Positions 1 through 11,522 of a DNA stretch of 64,000 bases are shown piece by piece (position 1 is the first letter of the stretch; each line of letters starts with the position of its first letter). The stretch covers positions 378,324,001 to 378,388,000 of the forward strand of contig OZ024743.1 in NCBI GenBank assembly GCA_964016885.1, given 5' to 3'. Source of the stretch: Eledone cirrhosa. Its lineage: Eukaryota. A program made the translations under genes and the position numbers. A model generated the notes under the pieces. It was not told the DNA's origin and searched no databases. It saw only the letters and a program-made list of their open reading frames with translations.

Positions 1-8
1 TAAATAGG

Positions 9-195
9 GCGGTGAATTGGCAGTATCGGTAGAGGGTTGGACGCCATGCTTTCTAGCATAGTTACGTCCCTTTACAGTCTGAGTTCAAATCCCGCCGAGG
101 TTAACTTTGCCTTTCATCCTTACGGGGTCGATAAAATAAAGTACCAGTAATGTACTGGATAATTGCTGGCCTTGTGCCTAAAGTAGAAACAATTA
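9..195 (+). mobile_element. tRNA-derived SINE, full-length copy
   Basis: A-box-like TGGCAGTATCGG, B-box GAGTTCAAATCC and body GCCTTTCATCCTTACGGGGTCGATAAAATAAAGTACCAG. About 9 related copies occur in the window. Confidence 0.85.
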
Positions 196-589
196 TGAAT
201 TAAATAGGATGGGTTGGTTTCAATATGTAAACTATACGATTAATTTATTTGGTTTTTTTTAAATTAACGGTGACAATCTAGAAAAATTACCGATTTTCCA
301 CACACCCTGCTTATTCCCCACCCCCATAGTATATATCTTCCTCACTCTCTCTTCTCTGGGATAAATCGGCTGTGCTTAGTACTGGCGTGGGAATGGGTCC
401 GCCAGGTTTAAAACTCCATCAGGAGGGCCTGCTTCATACATACATATTACTGGTATTCACTCCATCAATTCTAGATACTACGGGCATGTGGTTAGAATGT
501 CTCCGGAAAGAATCGCTGGACAAATTTTATGGGCAAAACCAACCAGTAGGAGACCCAGGAGTAAATATGTAAGCAAAAGGGAAAGACCT

Positions 590-930
590 GCACATTCAAT
601 CACATACCATAAACGGTTTTGGAGTTTTCCTTAATTTTCGAAGCAAACCAACACTGGTTAAGGCGCTGGAATAATCAAGCACCGCCCACCAGATACCTCG
701 GTAAAGCGAGTCATCACCAATGACAAGAATTTAGTTGTCATTGGCCTAGCTACCCCAAATATCTCAAGCATTACAAGCTGAAAAAAAAAAAAAAGTTTAC
801 TGATAATTCCAGGTATTTTAGAATTTTATTCCTTTCGGTTACGGATGCAATGACCTTCGCCACAGCAAATACCGTTGTACTTAGGCGAATACTTAACCGA
901 AAATGAAAGTCTTTATTCAACAAATTTCAG
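590..930 (-). mobile_element. Degenerate 3' fragment of a CRE-like (RLE) non-LTR retrotransposon
   Basis: Nucleotide similarity to the 2493-2906 ORF region (e.g. tgacaagaa...gtca, gataatt..aggtattt..gaattttattc). Confidence 0.5.
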
Positions 931-937
931 TTGCATT

Positions 938-1110
938 GGCAGTATCGGTAGCGGGTCGGACGCTATGCTTTGTAGCAAAGAGTTATGGCCCTTTCCATTC
1001 TGAGTTCAAATCCCGCCGAGGTTAACTTTGCCTTTCATCCTTATGGAGTCGATAAAATAAAGTACCAGTAATACACTGTGTATTTGCTGGCCTTGTGCAA
1101 AAGTAGAAAA
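938..1110 (+). mobile_element. tRNA-derived SINE copy
   Basis: Same A/B boxes and body as 9-195. Confidence 0.85.
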
Positions 1111-1135
1111 TTATATACTGTTTGCAAAAGAAATA

Positions 1136-1322
1136 ACTGTTTCTACATTTGGCACAAGGCCAGCAATTATCCAAGTGCATTACTGGTACTTTATTTTATC
1201 GACCTCGTAAGGATGAAGGGCAAAGTTAACCTCGGCGGGATTTGAACTCAGAATGGCAAGGGACGTAACTGTATGCGTCAAAGCATGGCGTCCGACCCTC
1301 TACTGATACTGCCAATCCACCG
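1136..1322 (-). mobile_element. tRNA-derived SINE copy
   Basis: Reverse complement of the 9-195 family; tail-to-tail with 938-1110. Confidence 0.85.
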
Positions 1323-1407
1323 AAAGCAGATTCTACGCCTCTGTCTAGGTGGAATATCTCAACCAAATGAAAATTTGGTAAGATTGACATATCAATTATA
1401 AAAACAT

Positions 1408-1580
1408 TAGTTTCTGATTTAGGCAAAAGGCCAACAATGTTTTGGGGTAGAGGAAAGTCAATTAGATTGACCCAGTACGTTACTGGTGCTTTATTTTATC
1501 GACCCCCATAAGGATGAAAGGCAAACCTAACCTCGGCGGGATTTGAATGTAAAGGGCCGTAACTATATACTGCGAAGCAT
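1408..1580 (-). mobile_element. tRNA-derived SINE copy, variant with longer 3' part
   Basis: tactggtgctttattttatcgaccccataaggatgaaaggc...ggatttgaa. Confidence 0.75.
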
Positions 1581-1740
1581 AATTATTGTGGCTTAATTAT
1601 ATTATCTGTATTTATTTTATCGATACTCGAAGGCATAACCAGCTAACAAATTATATGAAAAATAACATTACAAATATAATTTTGATAAACACAAATATAA
1701 ATACATATAACATTCGACTTGAAAAAGATATCAATAATAA

Positions 1741-1872
1741 TAATTGTTTCTACTTTTGGCACAAGGCCAGCAATTACCCAGTGCATTACTGGTACTTTAT
1801 TTAATCGACCCCGTAAGGATGAAAGGCAAAGTTAACCTCAGCGGGATTTGAACTCAGATCATAAAGAGCCGT
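1741..1872 (-). mobile_element. tRNA-derived SINE copy, 5'-truncated
   Basis: Reverse complement of the SINE body and B box. Confidence 0.8.
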
Positions 1873-2399
1873 TGATATTTATTAAGGGAAGCAAAAATAA
1901 AAACGACCATCAATTCACCACCAAGTGCGACAATCGCTCACACATCGTGTGTAAATTCTTAAGAGTTACAGACGGGGATATATGGAAATATACTAACACA
2001 ACGTGGCATATTATGGTTGTTTAACAATTTACAAGTTATGCACTTGTGTTATGTGCGTGTGGGCACGCCTCTGCGTATGTATATATGTGTATATCTTTCT
2101 AAAAATGTTCAAGGCAACCGGAAAGCATGAGTGTTATTACAGCCGGTGAACGCGGGACTGAGGCACTGGAACAGTAAAGCTCCCTCTATTTTAATAAGAA
2201 TATTAAAACATTTTTTTAAGTGGCAGAAAAATGAGAGGAGGGAGACCCGCATACCCCATAACAAGGGGCGCTAGTTTCCCATTAATAATTCAGTTATATA
2301 AATAACATTACAAATTGTTCACAATTCTTTTACGAAATATAAAAAAATACACACAGCATTTATAAATCGAAATATAATTTATGGATCAAAACACATGAC

Positions 2400-2940
2400 C
2401 GGAGCGAGAGAAAGAAAAAGAAGTTAGGGAAGCGAAAACGATCATAATTCACCACTAGGTGCGACAATCGGCCACACATCACATCATAAAGGTCAATAGA
2501 ATATGTTCAGGCAAGCCAATACGCTCGCAATATTACCACGGGTGATGGCGAGGCTAAGGCACTGAAACATCCAAGTACTCTCACGGATATTACTTGACAA
2601 CTCAGTAAGGCGAGCCGCCAGCGATGACAAGAACTTCGCTGTCAGCGACCCAACTCCACCAGACGTCTCGAACAACACAGGCTGGAAAAAATAATTGTTA
2701 GATAGATTCAAGTATTTCCGAATTTTATTCTGTTCAGCAACGGAAGCAGTGACCCTCACATTTACCGCGGCATCCATGATGTGGGAAGGAGCAAAAGAGT
2801 AACTGACTGTAGCGTCCCAGGTGAGAGACATACCTCTTACCCAGAGACAGAAGGTAAAGCCGTCTGGTCTCTTCCAATCACTTCTGGATAATCCAGCCGG
2901 CTCCATAACTGAGGGAATATTTACCCGAGCCAGGGCCCGT
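2400..2940 (-). mobile_element. 3' fragment of a CRE-like non-LTR retrotransposon (restriction-like endonuclease domain plus 3' UTR)
   Basis: ORF 2493-2906 contains EPAGLSRSDWKRPDG..W.RG..LTWDATV...AEQNKIRKY...FQPVLFETSG...FQCLSLAITRGN, a PD-(D/E)xK-type C-terminus typical of CRE-clade elements. The 3' UTR motif is repeated at 1900-1948. Confidence 0.7.
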
Positions 2941-3570
2941 TTATTTAAAAAAATATTATAATAATTATGTAGCCGGAGGCATTCGAACTTACCTTGCGTC
3001 TCTAGTCCACGTAGGGGTACTTACCGCACGCGCCTGTCTTCGCACGTCCGTCACCTTGCAGGGCGTATAGCTAAGAGGCCTCTGTTGACCGCCTGGTCCC
3101 TCGAGTCGCCCCGTCCTCCTGCTTCCGGTCAGGCATCCCCCAACTTCCGGCAATCCCCTTCCCACTGCAGCTCTTCACCCCCCCCCCCCTCCATCTCACG
3201 GCAGGCCCACACGCCCCCCTAATCTCAAGGATCCCCCCCCCTCCAATCACACTGCTCCATCTCAAAATCCGTCATCCACCTAGGTTGGCAGCAGCTCCGT
3301 CGCGATCTCCGCACTGTTGGGGCGGCACTTTCATTTCCCACTTCCTTGGAGTCCGTCACCACAACGACTCTGCGGGACGTCCAAGCCGTGACGTGGCATT
3401 CCGTCCACAGACACATTGTTTTGTGAATTTACGGCGGTTACCATTCCCTTTCCTCATTGAGATGTGCAACGCGCGTTCGGGGGCTTGACCCATACCTCTT
3501 CGCCCACTCGTACGAATGTGCTCTCTCTCGCTCCACCGGCTGATATAGTACCGTGCACGAGTGTCGCCAT

Positions 3571-4083
3571 TCATATCTGAATATTGCCCTGTGCGGCACC
3601 GACTTCTCGGCCTGTCCCACCCGCGGAGACATGTTGTACCAGAACACTGCTTCCGTTGGCGAAATGTGCCCCCCTTTCCGCCATGGTTTTGATCGTGCGA
3701 TGGTGTATCTCCACGATCCCATTTCCGCTCGGCCTGTATACCGCTCTGAAGAAGCGGTTCACCTTCCATTTGTCAAGCATTTCCCTCAGCGCCTCCGAGC
3801 GAAACGCCGTGCTGTTGTCCATCAGCAGTTCATCCACAGGGCCCCGCTCCAAGAATATCTCTCTCAGGATCCGCACGATTTCCTCCGCAGTGCCTGTCTT
3901 CATTTCCCTCCATATCGCCATCCGCCCCGGCCCACAATCTACCATCGAAAAATACGTTCCTTGTCGGTAGTGTGTCACGTCCACCGCTAATCGCTTCCAG
4001 TTGTGCTCCACCGGGATGCTTCCTGTCTCGTGCACATCCGAGGCAGGGTCGATAGACTGGCATCTGTCGCAACCTCCGACCAC
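3571..4083 (-). pseudogene. Gypsy integrase remnant
   Basis: CDRC zinc finger half, LAVDVTH, LMDNSTAFRS, GNGIVE..HRTIK (DDE core); frameshifted downstream. Confidence 0.85.
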
Positions 4084-4249
4084 TCTCTGGACACTCTGTC
4101 TTTTAACATCAAAGTCGATTCTTCCGGCTAGGAACAGTTCTACCCCCCCCCCCCCCCATGTGGTGCATGGCGTGCAGTCCCCTCAACTCCGAATCATTCA
4201 GCCGACACACTGCCGCAACTCCCTTCCCTGCGTCTCCTGGCGTTTCCAG

Positions 4250-5880
4250 TCAGGCTTTCTTCACCCTGGTTAATACGTCTGCCCTGTTTTTCTCTGAGGG
4301 CACAAAAACCACACTCAACTCTAGGCCGAACTCAGTGGCCTTGAGGACTGTCGCCATGATTTTTGGCGCAGAGTTCAACCCGAAGCCAAGCCTGGTCAGG
4401 CAGTATGTCTGGCCCTTATACCTGAGCAGCTGATATTTCCACAGCTTCTCATCCACGTAACTGCAGATATGCCGACTTTAAGTCGACAATCGTGGAGGTC
4501 CCCGTCATTCGTCTCCACTCTCGCAAAGTTTCCCCGCAAACATCCGTGACTTCACCGTCTGTGTGGTATGACACATGTTCGTTCAGCTCACGAAAGTTCA
4601 GCACCGGCCTAACCTTGTTCTTCGTGGGCTGCACCACTGCCATCAGCGGCAACACTCTACACTTCACCTCCTCCTTCCAAGGAAGCAGTATACCCTCCTC
4701 GATCCATCTCTGTACTTCTCCCTCAAACTCGCTTCTGGCATTTCCTTTCAGGGTATGTTGATAGCAGTCCACTATGTTCTTCAGCGTTGGTGGATCTCCC
4801 TTCCAGTACCACTCAACTACCCACCGCTGCCCATCGAACACCGCCATGAAATCCTTGTCCTGTATGGTATTTTCTTCGTGGATTCTCCCAGCACATGATG
4901 TCCTCTCGCTACCAAACGTCACCCCGACTTCAGTACTGTAACACCTCCAAGGCAGCCAATCGTGTCCATGCCCATTACTACATCGATTCCGTCCACCAGA
5001 GTTCCCAGGCGGCGTTTTATCAACATTTCTGCTGCCCTCTCGTTCGCACCCTCCTTTCACTGGTAAGCACTGATCTCACCCATCCGACTACAGTGGCCGA
5101 GTCAGTGCGGATTTCTATGGTGTGCAGCCTCCGTCTCAGGGCGAGATTCACCCCTCTCAGCACAGCATCCAGTTCGGCCACGTTGATGTGGTTGTAGTCC
5201 TCCTTCTTCCTGAGCCAGGTTGCGTCCTCGACCTTGATGCCCCCTATCTCTAGAGTGACTCAGTGCTATGGTGCTGGCATCACACCATACGGTCCTGCTC
5301 TCCGATTTGGGGACATACCAGCGACCTTTCACTGGGTCATCCTCCTTTACCCTCTCCACAATTTCCTGCATCATGGCCACTGTCCTCTCTCCAACCCTGT
5401 CAGCTCAGCTCACTCCGTCTGCTCATCTTTGACACAGCTGCATGCCGGCCGGAGCCACCCTGCGATCGGATAGTGGCCCACCAATTTACCACACATTGAA
5501 AAGAGTTCCCGTCTATTCATATCGGGGCCCAGTTCCGGGACTTCGTTACCCCTCCGAAACACGAGTGTGCCCGTCTTATACTTTTGCAGCCTGAGTCCTA
5601 GCGCGGCTCCTCCTTCCATCGCCTCTGGCGGTTTCGCGGTCAGCCCGAACCTTCCCAAGTGGCCCGAGACTTCTGCTGCTGACACCACCGTCTCGTCCAC
5701 CAAGATGTCGTCGATGTAGGAGTTGGTGTCCCTCTTCACCTTGTCCGCTTTCCCCAGAATGGCCTTGAGGACCGTCGCCATGATTTTTGGCGCAAAGTTC
5801 AACCCGAAGCCAAACATGGTCAGGCAGTATGTCTGGCCCTTATACCTGAGCACCTGATGTTTCCACAGCTTCTCATCCAC
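4250..5880 (-). pseudogene. Gypsy RT/RNase H remnants, two partially duplicated segments
   Basis: KVRPVLNFRELN and VDLKSAYLQ (4449-5060); LTRLGFGLNSAP (4250-4456); second copy LTMFGFGLNFAP...YIDDIL (5410-5880); VWCDAS (5102-5380). Confidence 0.85.
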
Positions 5881-7078
5881 GTGTAACTGCAGATATGCCG
5901 AATACCGCCATGAAATCCTTGCCCTGTATGGTATTTTCTCCGTGGATCGCCCTGTTCTTCGTGGATTCTCCCAGCACGCTCACAGCACATGATGTCCTCT
6001 CGCTACCAAACGTCACCCCGACTTCAGTCACTGTAACACCTCCAAAGCAGCCAATCGTGTCCATGCCCATTAATACATCGATTCCGTTCACCACCTGGTC
6101 AATCACGATCGCCCGAAGCCTAATTCTTCTTCCTCGTACCACCATCGACACCTCACTGCTACCTCTGCATCTAATCTCCCTACCGTCGACTGCCCTTATA
6201 CTGCTCATCCCGCTCCACTTTTTAACTACCTCCGTGGTCACTAGTATTGTCGTGCAACCCGTGTCCACGAATGCTCGCGATGGCTTCCCTTCCACCAAAA
6301 CTTCAACTACGGGTAGCGACTGCAAAGGCGCCTCTCCTCGCCTGCAGGGAAATGGTCTAAGGGGGGCTACTGCGCCAGTAGCCCCCCTTAGACCATTTCC
6401 CTGGTCACAATTATTTGCGATCGGCTCTCTGCAGTCCCTTGCCATGTGCGGGCCCTGGCACCAGAAGCACCGGCCTCTGAACACACGCGGACGACTATTC
6501 ACAGCGGCTGGTCTCCTTTCGTCATACGTCGGTCGCTGTCGACTGCCATGGGCTTCCGTCGCTGCCAGCGCTGAAGCACTCCACCTCGTGTCCTGTGTTA
6601 TTACGCGGGCCTGTGCGATGAGCTCGCTCATGCGCATCTCCCTGTTGCCGGGCAGCTGTTGGAGCTTCACGGAGATTTCGTCGGGGAACTCGTTCATAAA
6701 AGCCAACCGCATGGCGCATTCGCGTTCTACCGCGAATCTAGCCAACGTAGCCAACCACCGTAACTCTGTTGCGAACACGTCCACGTGCTCTCCGTGCCAT
6801 CTCGCTCTGCCTAGCTTGGCGAAAGCAGCCTACGGCCCCTCGTTGAACGCTTTCTTACGTCGCTATCCTATCTTCTCCGCGTTCAGTTGGTCGCTCTCGT
6901 CCATCTCGAGGTACAGTGTTAGGGCATCCCCGTCGAGATATAGAGCGATCAAACCATCAACGTTGTCAATGCCTTGCAGCGAGGTGACCAATGTGACCTT
7001 TCTCAACCAGGCCACAACATCTCCTTCGCCGTTAAAAGCCTTGATCGTCTCGCTATTCAATCTCAGTTTCGCTGCCAT
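5873..7078 (-). pseudogene. Gypsy gag and protease remnant
   Basis: ORFs 6863-7078 and 5873-6784; CCHC knuckle; aspartic protease motif VDTG. Confidence 0.85.
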
Positions 7079-7254
7079 CTCCCCTGCGAGATCGGAAAAA
7101 AGTCAACAACGATACCCCACGAAAAAAAAAAAAAAAAAAAAAAAAAGGTAAACTAAAGGGCTGCCGTGCCGGGAGTAAATATGCCGAAAGATCGGAAATT
7201 TCATTAAACGCCGAAATAGCTTGTAGCCGGAAGCATTCGGACTTACCTTGCGTC

Positions 7255-9295
7255 TTTAGCGAGTGTACTGGGTAGTATGAATGTAACAAGGAATACATTG
7301 TTTGTGTAGATAATATTTAATTAACAATGGTAGATAGTATAGTTGACATGTCAAAGATGAGGATGATAGAATGAAGCAAAGTTAGTAGTTACCGTTTTGA
7401 TTGCCAGGCAAACGCGGCTGGCAGAGGACGCCTGGCTAAGGCCAGGCGCCTGTGGGCCAAATGAATGGCAGAGCCAAATGAGAGGCTCTTGACCTGGTGC
7501 CGAAAAGGCAATGAGAGAATGAGAGCTTAAAGTTGTTAGTTTTATAGGGTTCTGACCGGAAGTTGCAGAAAGGGTTCCACTTCCCGTCTAGATCCAAACA
7601 AGGGAGACAACCGCTACATAACCTCCCGCCAGAATTTTAGTGTATAAAAATCGAAATGAAAATATGTAGCAAGTTGGCGAGAATGTTGTAACAGGCATGA
7701 AAATTACGACAAAAGAATGTTTGCAAAAATCAATGATAGATATCAAGGTAGCCAACCGCTCTTGGCCAGAGAACGACTGGACATCTATCTATCCATCACC
7801 CAAAGATACAATGTAATAAAGTAAGAGAAGAGCTCAAAGTTCAAATGTACAAAATAAAGTTCACAGGTGTGCAATCACATGACAGCAGGAAAGAAAGTGT
7901 GTTCCAGAGAATGAATGCAGGTGGTTTCTGTTCTGTGGTATATCGTGAAATTTCCAACCTCCGAATGGATTTTCTCACAGGAAGAGTGCTGCAAAAATAA
8001 ATTCTCTGGCTTTGGTTGTTGGTGAAGCTGTGTTGATGTATTGCTGCTGCTGTTGTCTCGCTGAGTGAGCGTATTTGGTGTTTAAATTCACAGTAAAAAA
8101 AAAATTTTTTTTAAGAAAAAATGAGTTGCGCAAAGTGCTAGAAATAGCAGCCGAAGTTGATGGTCGATGTTGAGAATGCGTTGACCTGGAAGGGTCAAGA
8201 GGCCAGCGACCAGAGAAATAAGCATTCTTAATAAATGCGCGGTTATCAACGGTAAATTTACATTGTAAATTTATAAACCGGCAAATAGAAGAATATAGCT
8301 TAAGGCTGAAGAATCCTTGGCGAGAAGTGTTATCTCTGGCGTGCGGCTATGTCTGTGAGTAGAGACATCTCTGTGAATCGAGAATTTGTGCTGCCTACAC
8401 GTGCCAATACAAGGTTGAAAAAAATAATATTTCTAACGCGCGAGAAAATGATAGTGCAATTTTGAAAGTGACAATGATGAAAAAGAAAGGCTTCACTCAG
8501 CATAATTATTGGTGTGAACTTTGGGAAGAAAAAAAACTTGAACGATGAAGAAAACGATGAACAAAAAGGCAATGGTTCATCGAAAATAAATGTTCCTGTT
8601 GAAATGTTTTTTTAAAGAATATCAAATTTCTTTTTTTTTTTTTTTTGTGTTTTGAAAGAGTTCGTTGTAAGAAACGAGAAACATGTATATATATCGTGAA
8701 ATGCGACAGTTAGTTGATGCGTGAGAGAAAAAAGTCTGTCTGAACGCGAATTCCACATGTGCGTGTGTGCGTTTGTTTCTTTTACTGAGTATTTTCATAG
8801 TTTGTCGATAAATTTACTGTGTATTCGTAATGTTACTCACACGAAACCAGATGTGCTATCTTTTTCTTTTTTTGGGGTGACCACTTATAGCGATGAACGG
8901 CTGCGTGTTCGTATCACATCAGGGTTACCAATATAGCGAGGATACTGGGTTGTATGAATGTAACAAGGAATACATTGTTTGTGTGTATAATATTTAATTA
9001 ACAATGGTAGATAGTATAGTTGACATGTCAAAGATGAGGATGATAGAATGAAGCAAAGTTAGTAGTTACCGTTTTGATTGCCAGGCAAACGCGGCTGGCA
9101 GAGGACGCCTGGCTAAGGCCAGGCGCCTGTTGGCCACATGAATGGCAGAGCCAAATGAGAGGCTCTTGACCTGGTGCCGAAAAGGCAATGAGAGAATGAG
9201 AGCTTAAAGTTGTTAGTTTTATAGGGTTCTGACCGGAAGTTGCAGAAAGGGTTCCACTTCCCGTCTAGATCCAAACAAGGGAGACAACCGCTACA
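7255..9295 (-). mobile_element. Non-autonomous LTR element nested in the Gypsy 5' LTR
   Basis: 364-bp near-identical LTRs (7255-7618, 8932-9295), TSD CGTC, tRNA-Trp-like PBS 8899-8930, PPT GGCGGGAGG adjacent to 7618, 1.3-kb interior with no long ORF. Confidence 0.9.
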
Positions 9296-9491
9296 CGTCT
9301 CTCTGGTCCACGTAGGGGTACTTTCCGCTCGCGTCTGTCTTCGCACGCCCGTCACCTTGCAGGGCGTATAGCTTAGAACCCCCCCCCCCCCCCCGCCTAG
9401 TCTCTCGAGTCGCCCCTGTCCTCCTGCTTCCGGTCAGGCGTCCCCAACTTCCGACCCCCCCCCCCTTATCTCGCAGCAGCCCCACAAATTA

Positions 9492-9805
9492 TTATTGAGG
9501 CAAACTCATATAGCATAACCTCAGATGACAGCGATATTAAGGCACTGGAATAATCTAATCCAGCACCCTCGCGGGCATCACCTAAAACCTCGGTAGGGTG
9601 AGCCGCCAACGATGACAAGAACTTCGTTGTCAGTTGTCAACGGACCAGCTCCCTCAAACTTCTCAAATGCCACATTCTAGAAAATCAGTTTGCCGATAAT
9701 TCCGGCTACCGATGATATGGCCGTTACATTTACAACATTATCGAGGATGTGGAAAGAAGCAAAAGAGTCGCTAACTGTAGTACCTCAAAGGAGACATCTA
9801 CCTCT
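9492..9805 (-). mobile_element. Degenerate 3' fragment of a CRE-like element
   Basis: Similar to 2520-2840 (taaggcactggaa, gagccgccaacgatgacaagaacttcg, gaagcaaaagagt..ct.actgtag). Confidence 0.6.
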
Positions 9806-9862
9806 TCTTCTTTTCATGCTACATCATGTTTGATAGTCGGCAGGTACGTGATTAACGCTTAT

Positions 9863-10493
9863 ACCACGAGTTGCAAAGGTTGACGATGTTATTTTCTGGT
9901 TGATGTGAAAACAGCGAGTGACCAGACAATGTTTGTTGGTTGTTGCAGTCAGTGGTAGTAGTTCTCATGGTGATTGAATGACCTCTCTCTTGGTACCGGC
10001 TATTTATATCGCCAGCTTCCTTCCCCCTGCCTCGAAAGATCGCCCACGCATCAACTTGTTTACGCCAAAAGGGTGGTTACCTAGAATTTGACATTTAGGT
10101 GTCACCCAGGGCTCGAGGTGTGGACAGGTTTCGCTACAAGGCGAAGGTAACCTCGATGGGATTTGAACTCAGAACGTAAAGGGACATACCTATATGCCAC
10201 GAAGCATGTAGTCCGACGCTCCACCGATACTGTTAATTCACGTATATATATAATTGTTTCTACTTTTGGCACAAGTTAATCCCGCCGAGGTTAACTTTGC
10301 CTTTCATCCTTACGGGATCGATAAAATAAAGTACCAGTAATACACTGAGATAATAGCCGGTACCGAGAGAGAGGGAATTCAATCACCATGAGAACTACTA
10401 CCACTGACTGCAACGACCAACAAACATTGTCTGGTCACTCGCTGTTTTCACATCAACCAGAAAATAACATCGTCAACCTTTGCGACTCGTGGT
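9863..10493. repeat. 141-bp inverted repeat (9863-10003 / 10353-10493), probably LTR-derived
   Basis: Arms are near-perfect reverse complements. The left arm lies in an LTR-like piece that reads TGTAGCGAA from 10138 on the minus strand and has TATAAATAGC. Confidence 0.8.
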
Positions 10494-10715
10494 AACTTAT
10501 TTGTTGTTCTTTTTGACTGAAGTGGGAGTAAATTTTTTATCAAAAGTAAACCAGTTATTCGAGTTATTTCTTCTAACGATAAATACTAACTTTGCTTCGC
10601 TTCAGCCTTTCATCCTTACGGGATCGATAAAATAAAGTACCAGTAATGCACTGTGGTAGATTTAATCGACATTCCCCTTCCTCCAAAATTGTTGGCCTCG
10701 TGCTTAAATAAAAAA
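10140..10715. mobile_element. Three partial tRNA-SINE copies (about 10140-10235 -, 10277-10347 +, 10600-10715 +)
   Basis: SINE body and B-box motifs. Confidence 0.7.
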
Positions 10716-11350
10716 CCATGGTTATATATGTGTGTGTGTATCCCGGGTTCAATCGGGGTAACCACTGATGATCTGAGGCCGTATTCAGTTGGTTCAGGTT
10801 TATCTAAAATCCGTTATATATATTTCGCTGAGGACTATCAGTTATGATAGCCTGAGCTCTTCCGACGGCAAAACCTATAAAACAATTAAAGTTCATAAAA
10901 AACCTTTAAGTTTGGAAAAATCCAATAACTTCTTCGAGAAAGATTTTCTTTTCTTGATACAGAGGGCCGACCGGACGCATGCTGTTGATTCTTCGGTGTG
11001 TAGGTGAATGAATATCACTGTTGTTCCTCAACATATTTGTTCACACACAGAGCCTCGTTAGCAAAGCGTTATAACAAACGCTTTCCCAAGAACCACCACA
11101 TCTACCTCTCACCCAGCGACAAGAACCTCTTCCAATCAACCCTAAACAATCCAGCCGTTTCCAAAAGTGATTGAATATTGACTTGAATATCAATTCGATT
11201 AGTGTGATAGAGTTATGTCCCTTAGTCTGAAAGAACGGAACTTCGAGTAATTAGAAAAGATATTTCGTGGGCTAGAGATGTTAGTATTAATAACAGAAAG
11301 GTAAAAAAAAAAAAAGATTTCTCTCTAATTTCACATCTTAGCACTAAACT

Positions 11351-11522
11351 ATGGCTTTGTCTAAAACACGTGGTGTCATAAAGAAGATGTTTAGCAAATA
11401 TTTATTACTAACTAATACCGTTACATGTGGTGGCTTGTTGGCTGTTGGTGATGCTTTCACTCAGAAAATAGAACATGTGGGACAAGAATCGTCAACTTTT
11501 AAATATGATTGGCCGCGCACAG
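11351..11522 (+). CDS. MPV17L2: Mpv17-like protein 2, coding exon 1
   Basis: MALSKTRG...KYLLLTNTVTCGGLLAVGDAFTQKIE...YDWPRT(G); donor AG|GTAAGA; phase 1. Confidence 0.88.

Larger units (their letters stand above)
2968..9486 (-). mobile_element. Gypsy/Ty3 LTR retrotransposon, defective and internally rearranged
   Basis: 3' LTR 2968-3211 (TG...CA). 5' LTR split into 7222-7254 and 9296-9486. TSD AATTA at 2963-2967 and 9487-9491. PPT next to 3211. Remnants of gag with zinc knuckle CFWCQGPHMARDC, protease FVDTGC, RT YIDD, RNase H VWCDAS and integrase. Confidence 0.92.

Noticed and set aside
9-95. tRNA gene
   Set aside because: A and B boxes belong to a SINE head; no full cloverleaf, and it continues into the SINE body.
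5895-7151. 418-aa plus-strand ORF
   Set aside because: Antisense shadow of the Gypsy gag-protease; no recognisable motifs.
10765-10810. CTGATGA as a hammerhead core
   Set aside because: No stem II or GAAA partner follows.
11301-11341. Short 5'-UTR intron (AAG|GTAAAA...TTAG|)
   Set aside because: Only 41 nt, probably too short, and unsupported without transcripts.
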